Source of the DNA: Fidelibacterota bacterium
GTDB lineage: Bacteria; Fidelibacterota; Marinisomatia; Marinisomatales; Marinisomataceae
Length of the DNA stretch: 64,000 nt
Assembly (NCBI GenBank): GCA_965212055.1
Contig: OZ243041.1
Span: 416,001 to 480,000 of the forward strand
Reading direction: 5' to 3'
Shown: positions 10,594 to 20,462 of the stretch, piece by piece
How positions within the stretch are numbered: the first letter of the stretch is position 1
Layout: the number at the start of each line of letters is the position of its first letter
Program-made: the position numbers and the translations under genes
Notes under the pieces: generated by a model
Databases searched by the model: none
Seen by the model: only the letters and a program-made list of their open reading frames with translations
Told to the model about the DNA's origin: nothing

Positions 10594-11063
10594 TGGTTAT
10601 TATAGGGTTTGATCCTGGATTAAGTCATACAGGTTATGCAGTGCTAAACAAGGAAGGTAATAATATTAACCTTGTTCAGTGTGGATTAATTAGTCCTAAA
10701 AGAAATAAATCGTTGTCAGAAAGGCTTTTTGCTATTTTTTCAGAAGCAAATAAACTAATAGAAGATTTCAATCCTAACTTAGTAGTTATCGAAAATGTTT
10801 TTTATGGTAAAAATGTTCAATCTGCTATTAAGCTTGGGCAGGCAAAGGGTTCAATTATGTTATCTTCTGAGAAATATGGTGTTGATATGGTAGATTATAC
10901 TCCTAGAGAGATTAAGCAGTCAATAGTTGGAAATGGGTCTGCATCTAAAGAACAAGTTGAATTTATGGTTAAAAAAATTTTTAAATTAGATGACAAAATG
11001 TTAAAACGTAATGATATATCAGATGCTATAGCAGTAGCATGGTGTGGAGCAAATAAAATATGA
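10593..11063 (+). CDS. ruvC: Holliday junction resolvase
   Basis: IGFDPG..TGY, IENVF, GNGSASKEQV, DISDAIAVA. Confidence 0.95.
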   Translation: MVIIGFDPGLSHTGYAVLNKEGNNINLVQCGLISPKRNKSLSERLFAIFSEANKLIEDFNPNLVVIENVFYGKNVQSAIKLGQAKGSIMLSSEKYGVDMVDYTPREIKQSIVGNGSASKEQVEFMVKKIFKLDDKMLKRNDISDAIAVAWCGANKI

Positions 11064-11653
11064 TTGATTCAATACATGGCATAATAGAAAAAAAAGAACC
11101 TACCAATCTTTTTATAAAGCTTAATGGTTTTGTATTTAATATATCTATTTGTATCAGAGATTATGAAAAACTACCATCAGTTGGGAAGAAGATTGATGTT
11201 TTAACTTATCTTAATGTTAGAGAAAATTTAATGGAACTATATGGTTTCCTAAGCAAAGATAGAAGAGATCTATTTATTCAACTTATTTCAGTGTCTGGAA
11301 TAGGTCCAAGAACAGCGATTAATTTATTATCAAATGTTTCTGTCCAAAATTTTAAAGAAAATATTATTACTGAAGACATTAAATCGTTAAGTCTTATTCC
11401 TGGAATAGGTCCAAAAACAGCGAAAAGAATTGTTGTTGAGATAAAAGAGAAGATTACTACTGACAGCTTCTCTAAACGTGCTTTGGATACTTCAAAAATT
11501 AATTTTAACGTAGATGACATTTATACTGCTTTGTCCTCATTAGGATATAAAAAATCTCAAATTGATAAATCAATAAAAAAACTAAATGAATCCAATAGTT
11601 TTGAAGGTAATATTGAAGATGTAATAAAGAAGATTTTAAGCACTATAAGATGA
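11060..11653 (+). CDS. ruvA: Holliday junction branch migration protein
   Basis: LYGF, LISVSGIGPRTA, IPGIGPKTAKRIVVE, ALSSLGY. Confidence 0.95.
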   Translation: MIDSIHGIIEKKEPTNLFIKLNGFVFNISICIRDYEKLPSVGKKIDVLTYLNVRENLMELYGFLSKDRRDLFIQLISVSGIGPRTAINLLSNVSVQNFKENIITEDIKSLSLIPGIGPKTAKRIVVEIKEKITTDSFSKRALDTSKINFNVDDIYTALSSLGYKKSQIDKSIKKLNESNSFEGNIEDVIKKILSTIR

Positions 11654-12726
11654 CTGATTTCTATAAAACTCCATTATACAATAACCATGAAGAGATGGGT
11701 GCAAAATTAATTCCATTCTCTGGTTTCTTAATGCCTTTACAATATTCTGGGATTATAGAAGAACATAAACATGTAAGAACAAAGGTTGGTCTCTTTGATG
11801 TGAGCCATATGGGTGAATTTATTATAAAGGGAGAGAATGCTAAACGGTTTCTACAGAAAGTTACTACAAATGATATTGAATCGTTAAAAGTTGGTAAAGC
11901 ACAATATACTGCAATTTGCAATGAAGATGGCGGTATCTTAGATGATTTTGTAATATATAATTTATCTGATTATTATATGTTGGTTGTCAATGCTGCAAAT
12001 ACTGAGAAAATTTTCAATTGGCTTGAGAAAAATTTGATGGATAAAGTAGAACTAAAAAATATATCTGATAAGATGAGTTTATTAGCTATCCAGGGACCAC
12101 TTTCTAGACAAGTTTTGTTGTCTTTTTTTCCTGATATTGATTCGCTTAATTATTATGAAACATTGCTTCCAAATGAAGATGGAATTGTGATTGCCCGAAC
12201 GGGATATTCAGGAGAATTGGGTTTTGAGATATATTGTCCAAATAATATCATTGTATCATTGTGGGAAAGATTGCTATCATCTTCAAAAGATTTAAAACCG
12301 GTAGGATTAGGGTGCAGAGATTCCTTGCGACTTGAAATGGGTTATGCATTGTATGGTCATGAGTTAGATGAATCAATAAATCCAATAGAAGCAGGCTTAT
12401 CATGGATTACTAAGTTGGATACAGAGTTTATTGGTTCAAATAAACTAAATAGTATCACAAGTAATCGAAAATTAGTTCCTTTGATATTAAAAGATCGTGC
12501 AATTCCAAGAAGTGGATATAAAATTTTTAATTTAGAACAAGAAGAAATTGGGTTTGTAACGAGTGGAGGAATGTCCCCATCATTAAATTTAGGTATTGCT
12601 TTAGCTTATATAAATTTACCTGGTGCCGAAGAATTAAAGTGTTTCAAAATAAAAATTCGTGATAATTTCTTTGATATCCATAAAACAAAGCTTCCGTTTT
12701 ACAAAGAAGGGACATATTTATCATAA
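11650..12726 (+). CDS. gcvT: Glycine cleavage aminomethyltransferase T
   Basis: TPLY, GLFDVSHMGE, QGP, RTGYSGELGFE, GLGCRDSLRLEMG. Confidence 0.95.
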   Translation: MTDFYKTPLYNNHEEMGAKLIPFSGFLMPLQYSGIIEEHKHVRTKVGLFDVSHMGEFIIKGENAKRFLQKVTTNDIESLKVGKAQYTAICNEDGGILDDFVIYNLSDYYMLVVNAANTEKIFNWLEKNLMDKVELKNISDKMSLLAIQGPLSRQVLLSFFPDIDSLNYYETLLPNEDGIVIARTGYSGELGFEIYCPNNIIVSLWERLLSSSKDLKPVGLGCRDSLRLEMGYALYGHELDESINPIEAGLSWITKLDTEFIGSNKLNSITSNRKLVPLILKDRAIPRSGYKIFNLEQEEIGFVTSGGMSPSLNLGIALAYINLPGAEELKCFKIKIRDNFFDIHKTKLPFYKEGTYLS

Positions 12727-14996
12727 TGAGTGAGAAATCTGACATAAAAATGAAATTAGAAACAATTGGGTGGCTACTTGGTTTCTTTTCCTTGTTAGTT
12801 CTAGGATCATTGATTGGTCATGATTCTTCTGAAGATCCATCATTGACTTCTGCAAGTATCAATAATCCTTTTAATATTGTTGGAGTGTATACTAGCTATG
12901 TTTTAGTGAAGCTAGGATTTGGATATGGATCATATTTTATTCCAATAATTGGATTAGCAATCTCTCTTCAATTAATTTCAAATTTTAAATTTGAACTTTA
13001 TAGAGTTATTCGATATTTAACTGCACTTATTTTCTTGAGTTCGATAACATTTGGATTGATTGAAAATTATCCATCTTTTTCAGAGAATATGAGTTCATAT
13101 TCTGGTTTACTAGGTTGGGCGATTGTGAATTTATTGCATGATTGGATTGGTCCAACTGGACTAGTTGGATTGGTTATTGTCTTATGGGTGCTATTGATTG
13201 GAGGATTTTTCCGTTTAAGTTCTTATAAAATTGGTGGATTACTTATTTCTTCTATCCGCAAGCAATTTGATTCAGTAAAAAGCTCATTCCCTAAGAAAAA
13301 GATTTCAGATTCTCCAAAAATAATTGAAGATGAGAGTTTCTTGGATGATGTGATTAAACAAGACGATGAAGAAGAGCTAGTTGATAATTCAGATATTATC
13401 GAAGAAGAAATTGTTAGCGATGTAGATGATGTATCTGAAAAGAAATTAGGAACTGAAGATGAATTATCAATTGAGAAGGGAATAGTGGAAAAAGAAGTAG
13501 ATATTGATAAAAAAAGAAAGAAATCTATTATTCGTAAAGATTGGAAATTTCCTTCAGCTGATTTATTAGAATCTATTCCAATCGATTCTGAAAGTTTAAG
13601 CAATGATTATTTAAAAGAAAGAGCTGAATTTTTAAGAAATTCAATTTCAACATTTGGTGTTGAAGGAAAGACTGGTTCTATTAAAACTGGCCCAATCATT
13701 ACGCTTTTTGAGATAGAACCATCAGAAGGTGTGAGGGTTAATAAATTTGTTCAACTTTCCGATGATATTGCAAGAGTGATGGAAGCAGATAGAGTAAGAG
13801 TTTTAGCGCCTATTCCTGGTACTTCTCTTGTTGGCATTGAGATTCCAAATGATAATCCACAAACAATTTATTTAAAATCAGTAATCAATTCTGAAAAATA
13901 TTTAAAGTCAGATGCTAAACTCAAGCTAGCTATTGGGAAGGGTACTTTAGGCGATATTGCAATCCTTGATTTAGGAGAGATGCCTCATTTGCTTATTGCT
14001 GGTACAACAGGATCTGGAAAATCTGTTTCCTTGAATACAATTATTGTCAGTTTATTGTATCAACTTAAACCGGAGGAATTAAAATTTGTTATCATTGATC
14101 CCAAGAAAGTTGAAATGACTCTTTATAAAGGACTTGAAGACCATTATTTATTGAAATTTGAAGGCATTGATGAATCAATTATAACCAAAAAGGAAAATGC
14201 AATTCTTGCTCTTAGATCTCTTGAAAGAGAGATGGATTCAAGATATGATTTATTGGCAAATGAAGGAAAAAGGAATATTGCTGAATACAATCAGGGCATG
14301 AAGAAAAAAAGCAAAGATTTAATGCCTTATATTGTGCTGGTGGTAGATGAATTGGCGGATCTAATGATGTATAGTCCAAGAGATGTTGAAGCCCCTATTG
14401 CAAGATTAGCCCAACTAGCAAGAGCAGTTGGTATTCATTTAGTGATTGCAACCCAAAGACCTTCTGTTGATGTTATTACTGGTGTGATTAAAGCAAATTT
14501 TGCTGCTAGAATTGCTTTCCAGGTTGCAACAAAAATTGATTCACGAACAATTATTGATGTAAATGGCGCAGATAAACTTATTGGTAAAGGAGATATGTTA
14601 TACCAGAAACCAGGATCATCATCTCCTGTGAGGTTGCATGGTGCATTTATAACCCTTAAAGAGATTGAGGATGTTGTTAGCTATATATCTGAACAGCCTA
14701 AACCAACTGAACTTGTTATTGAAACAATAAAAGATACTACAAGTATCTTGAATGATAATGAAAATAATTTTAATGATGAACTATTGAATAAGGCAATTGA
14801 GATTATTGTAGTTAGCAAACAAGCTTCAATCTCACTATTACAAAGAAGGTTATCAATTGGCTACTCAAGAGCAGCTCGTTTAATTGATGAGATGGAAAGA
14901 TTAAAAATAGTAGGTCCATTTTCTGGAAGTAAAGCTCGTGAAATTCTAGTAGACGAATCTTATCTAGAGACAATCAGAAATGATGAAGAAATATAG
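12726..14996 (+). CDS. ftsK: DNA translocase FtsK
   Basis: N-terminal TM domain, PHLLIAGTTGSGKS, VDELADLM, ATQRPSVDVITG, gamma domain SLLQRRLSIGYSRAAR. Confidence 0.96.
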   Translation: MSEKSDIKMKLETIGWLLGFFSLLVLGSLIGHDSSEDPSLTSASINNPFNIVGVYTSYVLVKLGFGYGSYFIPIIGLAISLQLISNFKFELYRVIRYLTALIFLSSITFGLIENYPSFSENMSSYSGLLGWAIVNLLHDWIGPTGLVGLVIVLWVLLIGGFFRLSSYKIGGLLISSIRKQFDSVKSSFPKKKISDSPKIIEDESFLDDVIKQDDEEELVDNSDIIEEEIVSDVDDVSEKKLGTEDELSIEKGIVEKEVDIDKKRKKSIIRKDWKFPSADLLESIPIDSESLSNDYLKERAEFLRNSISTFGVEGKTGSIKTGPIITLFEIEPSEGVRVNKFVQLSDDIARVMEADRVRVLAPIPGTSLVGIEIPNDNPQTIYLKSVINSEKYLKSDAKLKLAIGKGTLGDIAILDLGEMPHLLIAGTTGSGKSVSLNTIIVSLLYQLKPEELKFVIIDPKKVEMTLYKGLEDHYLLKFEGIDESIITKKENAILALRSLEREMDSRYDLLANEGKRNIAEYNQGMKKKSKDLMPYIVLVVDELADLMMYSPRDVEAPIARLAQLARAVGIHLVIATQRPSVDVITGVIKANFAARIAFQVATKIDSRTIIDVNGADKLIGKGDMLYQKPGSSSPVRLHGAFITLKEIEDVVSYISEQPKPTELVIETIKDTTSILNDNENNFNDELLNKAIEIIVVSKQASISLLQRRLSIGYSRAARLIDEMERLKIVGPFSGSKAREILVDESYLETIRNDEEI

Positions 14997-15537
14997 TAAA
15001 CTATTATTTCTAGTCAGCATTTTATATACTCAAAATACAGTTTCAGATGATATAATTTCTTTCATAGAAGAGTTGGATAATAAAACTATCATTCTATCTA
15101 TGGAGTCGCTAGAAAATCAAACAAAGTTATCAATATCTGGTGACCAAATTTATTTCGATACTTTCTCAGAAAATAAAAACATAATACTAATAGAAAATAA
15201 TGAAGTCAGAACTTATGATTTTAATAATCAGTTGATTATTATAGAAAGTGCCGATGAAACTTTATTAGATGTTTTTAATAAAGGGGAATTATCTCGATAT
15301 AACATGACCGAAATCAATAATGAGGAATCAATTTCTTTAGTAACCTACACATTGGGTTCTAAATTATTGCTAATTGGATTTGATAATATATCGAAACAAA
15401 TTGTGTCTCTTCAAATACAAGATGAAGGTGTTTTATTATTCGAAACAGAAATAGTAGATATAATAGATTTTGATGTTCCATTGATTTCAAATGATTTTGA
15501 TTCTTGGGAAGTCTTAGATTGGAGAGATGTTAATTAG
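14980..15537 (+). CDS. Exported protein, probable divergent LolA-like lipoprotein carrier
   Basis: Signal peptide, beta-rich, 'VRTYDFNNQLIIIE' resembles LolA; conserved ftsK-lolA synteny. Confidence 0.5.
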   Translation: MMKKYSKLLFLVSILYTQNTVSDDIISFIEELDNKTIILSMESLENQTKLSISGDQIYFDTFSENKNIILIENNEVRTYDFNNQLIIIESADETLLDVFNKGELSRYNMTEINNEESISLVTYTLGSKLLLIGFDNISKQIVSLQIQDEGVLLFETEIVDIIDFDVPLISNDFDSWEVLDWRDVN

Positions 15538-15538
15538 T

Positions 15539-16081
15539 ATGTTTGATACAATATTCCTAGATAGAGATGGTACAATTAATGATGTTGGATATGGCTATAT
15601 TAATGGCTTGTCCGATTTTCATTTTTATGATTATGCATTTGAAGCTTTGGATATATTAAAAGGACATGCTAAAAACTTTATTATTGTTACCAATCAATCT
15701 GGTTTATCAACTGGAAGAGTTAGTCTTGATCCTTTAAATGAAATCCATCAATTTGTTACCGAAGAATTTGAAAAAAGAGATTTACCATTGAGAAAGATTT
15801 ATTTTGCTGATGACTATAATGAAGGTTTTAATGCAATAAGAAAACCAGGTATTGGTATGTTTTTACAAGCCAAAGAAGATTTTAATGTTGATTTAAAGAA
15901 TAGTGTGATGATTGGTGATTCAATAGTAGATGTACAAGCTGGAGAAAGAGCAGAAATGAAAACTATTTTTTTATTATCAGGATATGGAAAATCTCACTTA
16001 GAAGATGTTAAAAAAGAATGTAAACCTAATTTGATTGCAAACGATTTATTACATGCAGCAAAGGAGATTCAATTAATATAG
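15539..16081 (+). CDS. gmhB: HAD IIIA phosphatase, GmhB/HisB-N family
   Basis: FLDRDGTIN, VTNQSG, RKPGIGM, MIGDSIVDVQAG. Confidence 0.8.
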   Translation: MFDTIFLDRDGTINDVGYGYINGLSDFHFYDYAFEALDILKGHAKNFIIVTNQSGLSTGRVSLDPLNEIHQFVTEEFEKRDLPLRKIYFADDYNEGFNAIRKPGIGMFLQAKEDFNVDLKNSVMIGDSIVDVQAGERAEMKTIFLLSGYGKSHLEDVKKECKPNLIANDLLHAAKEIQLI

Positions 16082-16956
16082 GTGTCATATATGGTGGAGA
16101 TTCTTCTGAAAGAGAAGTATCCATTAATTCCGGTAGGGCTATCATCCATGCTTGTGAGAAATTAGGATATAATATTCAAGATTTTGATGGTTTTGATGAA
16201 TCAATTTTTAATCAGAAGTTTGATTTTATCTTTCTAGCACTTCATGGAACTTTTGGAGAAGATGGGTCTGTACAAAAAATTCTAGAAAATCATAAAATAT
16301 GTTATAATGGTTCTAGTTCACTGTCTTCAGAACATTGTTTTGATAAAAATTTTACTAAAATTCTCGCAAAAGAAAATAATATTTTAACACCAAGATGGCT
16401 ATTAATAGATAACAATAAAATATTTAACGTTGCCGATATTGATTTTAGACCTGTTGTGAAACCTAATAAGGAAGGGAGTACAATTGGGTTTAGTTTGATT
16501 GGTCGCTTATCAGACCTTGATTCTGCGATCGATGAATCTCTTAAATATGGAAACCATGTTCTAATAGAGGAATATATTGATGGAAAAGAAATTACGGTTT
16601 CTATTTTGGGAGATAAAGTATTGCCGATAGTTGAGATTAAACCTCATTCTAGTATTTACGATTATGAATCTAAATATACGAAAGGAGAATCTGACTATGT
16701 ATGTCCAGCAGAAATTGATGATTCATTATCAGAAGAGATAAAAGATACTGCATTGAAGATTCATAAGTTGTTAGGCTGCCAAATATATTCAAGAGTCGAT
16801 TTTCGATTGGATAAAGACAATAAATTTTGGTTGTTAGAAATTAATACATTACCAGGGATGACTGAAACAAGCTTATTTCCAATGGCAGCAAAAGCTGTTG
16901 GTTTAAGTTTTGAAGATTTGATTGATAAAATTATTAAATTATCGCTAGAAAAATGA
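16072..16956 (+). CDS. ddl: D-alanine--D-alanine ligase, about 294 aa, probable non-canonical ATT start
   Basis: Frame of the 16456 ORF is open back to TAA 16027 and encodes GGDSSEREVS, LHGTFGEDG; then YDYESKY, EINTLPG; AAGGAG at 16061-16066. Confidence 0.9.
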   Translation: MNIGVIYGGDSSEREVSINSGRAIIHACEKLGYNIQDFDGFDESIFNQKFDFIFLALHGTFGEDGSVQKILENHKICYNGSSSLSSEHCFDKNFTKILAKENNILTPRWLLIDNNKIFNVADIDFRPVVKPNKEGSTIGFSLIGRLSDLDSAIDESLKYGNHVLIEEYIDGKEITVSILGDKVLPIVEIKPHSSIYDYESKYTKGESDYVCPAEIDDSLSEEIKDTALKIHKLLGCQIYSRVDFRLDKDNKFWLLEINTLPGMTETSLFPMAAKAVGLSFEDLIDKIIKLSLEK

Positions 16957-18335
16957 GTTTAACACTTTACAATTCAGCTACTTCACAGAAAGAAGATTTT
17001 AAATCTATATTACCTAATCAAGTTTTGATGTATTGTTGTGGGCCAACGGTATATGATGCTCCTCATTTAGGAAATTTTAGAACCTTTATTTTTTATGACC
17101 TAGTGAAACGAGTATTGATTCAAAATAATTTTAAAGTAAAACAAGTAGTCAATATTACTGATATTGATGATAAAATTATTGATAAAGTTAATAGTGGTGA
17201 GATGGATTATAAAGAACTCACTACCAAGTTCAATGATGTTTTCTTACAACATTCAAAAACATTGAGTATTGAGAAAGCTGATGAATATCCAAAAACATCC
17301 GACCATGTACCAGCAATGATTGATTTTATCAAACAATTAATTGATAAAGGACATGCATATAATGCTAATGGAAATATTTTCTTTGATACAGATGGGTATA
17401 GTCAGTATGGAAAATTTATAAACATGGAAAATATAGAAGCCTTAGATGATGAAGATAATGCCTTAGGAAAGAAAAATCAGAAAGATTTTACATTGTGGAA
17501 AGCTTGGAAAGAAGAAGATGGTGATATTACATGGGAATCAGAGTGGGGGAATGGTAGACCTGCTTGGCACACAGAATGTGCTGTGTTAGCAACAAAATCT
17601 CTAGGAAATGCTATTGATATTCATTGTGGAGGAATTGATTTAAAATTTCCTCATCATGAGAATGAAACTGCTCAAGTTGAAGCTCTCTTAGATGCTACTT
17701 TTTCAAATTATTGGCTTCATTCAGAGCATTTGACCCTTGAAGAAGAAAAAATGAGTAAATCTTTAGGAAATACTGTTAATGTCTCTGATTTATTAGAGAA
17801 ATATTCACCGGAAACATTGAGATTATTCCTATTATCATCCCATTATAGATCCAAGATTTATTTTTCTGATAAAAAATTAGATGATTCTTCTAAAATGTTA
17901 GATAAGATTAATCGTTTTATAGAGCACATAGGAATAAATACGTTAGAAAGTTCTAATGCAAACATTTCAGACGATTATACTAGATTTTTAGATGCATTGA
18001 ATGATGATTTAAATACCCCAGAAGCCTTGGGTATATTCTTTGATTTTATCAATAAAAAGAATAAAAAAATTCATGATAATTCATTATCAGAAAAAGATAT
18101 AAAAGAATCTCAAGAATTTATTGCTGGGTTCAATTCTATCTTTTGTGTTATTAATCAATCTTCCTTAAAAAATCAGGAAATTCCTTCTGAAGTTCAGAAA
18201 TTGGCGTCTTTGAGAGAAAAAATGAGAAATCAACAAAAATGGGAAGAAGCAGATAAGCTAAGAGGAGAAATTGAAAAATTAGGCTGGTTAATTGAAGATT
18301 TAAAAGATTCTCAGAAGCTCCTCAAAAAGAAATAA
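16953..18335 (+). CDS. cysS: Cysteine--tRNA ligase
   Basis: CGPTVY..HLGN, DFTLWK, WHTEC, DIHCGGIDLKFPHHENE, KMSKS. Confidence 0.96.
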   Translation: MSLTLYNSATSQKEDFKSILPNQVLMYCCGPTVYDAPHLGNFRTFIFYDLVKRVLIQNNFKVKQVVNITDIDDKIIDKVNSGEMDYKELTTKFNDVFLQHSKTLSIEKADEYPKTSDHVPAMIDFIKQLIDKGHAYNANGNIFFDTDGYSQYGKFINMENIEALDDEDNALGKKNQKDFTLWKAWKEEDGDITWESEWGNGRPAWHTECAVLATKSLGNAIDIHCGGIDLKFPHHENETAQVEALLDATFSNYWLHSEHLTLEEEKMSKSLGNTVNVSDLLEKYSPETLRLFLLSSHYRSKIYFSDKKLDDSSKMLDKINRFIEHIGINTLESSNANISDDYTRFLDALNDDLNTPEALGIFFDFINKKNKKIHDNSLSEKDIKESQEFIAGFNSIFCVINQSSLKNQEIPSEVQKLASLREKMRNQQKWEEADKLRGEIEKLGWLIEDLKDSQKLLKKK

Positions 18336-18336
18336 T

Positions 18337-18376
18337 TTGATTTTCTCTTTATTTTCGTTATATTTCGTCGTTTTTG
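18337..18376 (+). promoter_or_regulatory. Putative housekeeping promoter of tRNA-tuf operon
   Basis: TTGATT-16 nt-TATATT then TCGTCGTTTTTG; near-identical element precedes rpsL. Confidence 0.65.
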
Positions 18377-18407
18377 CCTACGCGCACGCGTACGTAAGAT
18401 TGTGTAT

Positions 18408-18480
18408 GCCGGTGTAGCTCAGTTGGTAGAGCAGCTGATTTGTAATCAGCGGGTCGGGGGTTCAAATCCTCTCGCCGGCT
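18408..18480 (+). tRNA. tRNA-Thr(TGT)
   Basis: Cloverleaf, anticodon arm CTGAT-TTGTAA-TCAG, T-loop GTTCAAATC. Confidence 0.96.
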
Positions 18481-18545
18481 CACCGACTTAGGTAAAGAGT
18501 TATTTGAAAATTTTTCCTACTCAAGGAATAACGGATAAGGATTGA

Positions 18546-18628
18546 GGGGAAATGGCCGAGTGGTTAAAGGCGGCAGACTGTAAATCTGTTGACGTAAGTC
18601 TACGGAGGTTCGAATCCTTCTTTCCCCA
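18546..18628 (+). tRNA. tRNA-Tyr(GTA)
   Basis: GGGGAAA/TTTCCCC acceptor stem, CTGTAAA loop, long variable arm. Confidence 0.96.
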
Positions 18629-18636
18629 CGAGTTTT

Positions 18637-18709
18637 GCGGGTGTAGCTCAGCTGGTAGAGCATCAGCCTTCCAAGCTGAGGGTCGCGAGTTCGAATCTCG
18701 TCGCCCGCT
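18637..18709 (+). tRNA. tRNA-Gly(TCC)
   Basis: GCGGGTG/CGCCCGC stem, TCAGC-CTTCCAA-GCTGA. Confidence 0.96.
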
Positions 18710-18722
18710 CAATAAGCTTAAT

Positions 18723-18795
<73 letters not shown>

Positions 18796-18829
18796 CAAAG
18801 AATTTTTATTTATAAATAAGGAGAAAAAA

Positions 18830-20020
18830 ATGGCTAAAGGCAAATTTGAAAGAAATAAGCCTCACTGTAATATTGGTACTATTGGTCACGTTGATCACGG
18901 AAAAACAACGTTGACTGCAGCAATTACGCAAACCCAAAGTACTTTGGGAATGGCTGAATTGCGTTCTTTTGATACTATTGATAATGCACCTGAGGAAAGA
19001 GAAAGAGGGATTACTATCCAAACAGCGCACGTTGAATATGAGACTGAAAATCGTCACTATGCTCACGTTGACTGTCCTGGGCACGCCGACTATATCAAAA
19101 ATATGATTACTGGTGCTGCACAAATGGATGGAGCTATTCTTGTGGTTAGTGCTGCAGATGGTCCTATGCCTCAAACTCGTGAACACGTTTTATTAGCTCG
19201 TCAGGTTAATGTACCTAGTATGGTGGTTTTCATGAACAAGGTTGACCAGGTGGATGACCCTGAACTACTAGAGTTAGTTGAAATGGAGTTAAGAGATCTA
19301 TTAAATGAATATAAATTTGATGGTGATAACACTCCTATCATCAAGGGAAGTGCTTTAAAAGCGCTCGAGAATAAAGATGATGCAGAAGCTACTAAATGTA
19401 TTACCGAATTAATGGAAGCTTGTGACTCATTTATTCCTCAACCAGAACGTGCTATTGACAAACCATTTTTAATGCCAATAGAAGACGTATTTAGTATTAC
19501 CGGTAGAGGAACTGTTGGAACAGGTAGAATCGAATCTGGAGTTGTAGAAGTAAACGATAAGATTGAACTTATTGGTTTAGGTTCTGATATGGAAACTGTT
19601 GTGACAGGTGTAGAGATGTTTCAAAAAACGCTTGATCGAGGTGAAGCTGGTGATAATGCTGGTTTGTTAATGAGAGGTGTTGAGAAAGATCAATTAAAAA
19701 GAGGAATGGTAGCTGCTGCTAAAGGTTCAATTACTCCTCATACAAACTTTAAAGCACAAGTATATGTTTTAAAGAAAGATGAAGGCGGTAGACACACTCC
19801 ATTTTTTAACAACTATAGGCCTCAGTTTTATTTTAGAACTACTGATGTGACTGGAGTTGTTACATTACCAGAAGGAACTGAAATGGTTATGCCTGGTGAT
19901 AATGTTGAAATGGACGTAGAGCTTATTACACCAATTGCTATGGATAAAGAGCTTAGATTCGCTATTAGAGAAGGTGGACACACTGTAGGTTCAGGTGTTG
20001 TTACTGAAGTTGTCTCATAA
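18830..20020 (+). CDS. tuf: Elongation factor Tu
   Basis: [34 protein letters not shown]. Confidence 0.99.
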   Translation: MAKGKFERNKPHCNIGTIGHVDHGKTTLTAAITQTQSTLGMAELRSFDTIDNAPEERERGITIQTAHVEYETENRHYAHVDCPGHADYIKNMITGAAQMDGAILVVSAADGPMPQTREHVLLARQVNVPSMVVFMNKVDQVDDPELLELVEMELRDLLNEYKFDGDNTPIIKGSALKALENKDDAEATKCITELMEACDSFIPQPERAIDKPFLMPIEDVFSITGRGTVGTGRIESGVVEVNDKIELIGLGSDMETVVTGVEMFQKTLDRGEAGDNAGLLMRGVEKDQLKRGMVAAAKGSITPHTNFKAQVYVLKKDEGGRHTPFFNNYRPQFYFRTTDVTGVVTLPEGTEMVMPGDNVEMDVELITPIAMDKELRFAIREGGHTVGSGVVTEVVS

Positions 20021-20022
20021 TA

Positions 20023-20187
20023 ATGGCGGGAAATAGCAAAAGAGCAATTATAAGGCTAGAGAGTACTGCAGGGACAGGGTATCGTTATACTGTTACTAAA
20101 AGTAGACATAGACATCCTGATAAGGTAGAATATAAAAAATACGATCCTGTAGCTCGAAAGCATGTTGTTTTTAAAGAAATAAAATAG
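20023..20187 (+). CDS. rpmG: 50S ribosomal protein L33, cysteine-free form (absent from ORF track)
   Basis: Manual translation [54 protein letters not shown]. Confidence 0.95.
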   Translation: MAGNSKRAIIRLESTAGTGYRYTVTKSRHRHPDKVEYKKYDPVARKHVVFKEIK

Positions 20188-20192
20188 CAAAT

Positions 20193-20265
20193 AGGTGAGT
20201 AGCTCAATTGGTAGAGCACCGGTCTCCAAAACCGGGGGTTGCGGGTTCAATTCCTGCCTCACCTG
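20193..20265 (+). tRNA. tRNA-Trp(CCA)
   Basis: AGGTGAG/CTCACCT stem, CCGGT-CTCCAAA-ACCGG. Confidence 0.96.
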
Positions 20266-20279
20266 CGATAAGGAAAAAT

Positions 20280-20462
20280 ATGTTTAAAGCGGTAAAAGAT
20301 TTTTTAAATCAAGTGTATCTAGAAATGAATAAGGTTTCTTGGCCAACCTATTCTGAATTAAGGGGTTCAACTTATCTAATTATTATCTTTTCTTTTATAT
20401 TTGTTGTTTTTCTTTTTGCTGTTGATTGGTTAGTGGGAGAAGTAGTGAGTGCATTATTATGA
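20280..20462 (+). CDS. secE: Preprotein translocase SecE
   Basis: EMNKVSWPT..EL, one TM; between tRNA-Trp and nusG. Confidence 0.93.
   Translation: MFKAVKDFLNQVYLEMNKVSWPTYSELRGSTYLIIIFSFIFVVFLFAVDWLVGEVVSALL

Noticed and set aside
11295..11422. Direct repeat TGGAATAGGTCCAA(G/A)AACAGCGA in ruvA
   Set aside because: Encodes the two HhH motifs GIGPRTA/GIGPKTA; normal for RuvA
16660..16680. Possible D-Ala-D-Lac (vancomycin-type) ligase
   Set aside because: Omega loop reads YDYESKY, the D-Ala-D-Ala signature
18481..18545. Thr-Tyr tRNA spacer with partial pairing GTTATT/AATAAC
   Set aside because: Weak AU-rich pairing; cannot support an ncRNA call
20056..20279. Minus ORF 20056-20262 and N-terminal extension of secE from 20208
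   Set aside because: Overlap rpmG and tRNA-Trp; secE starts at ATG 20280
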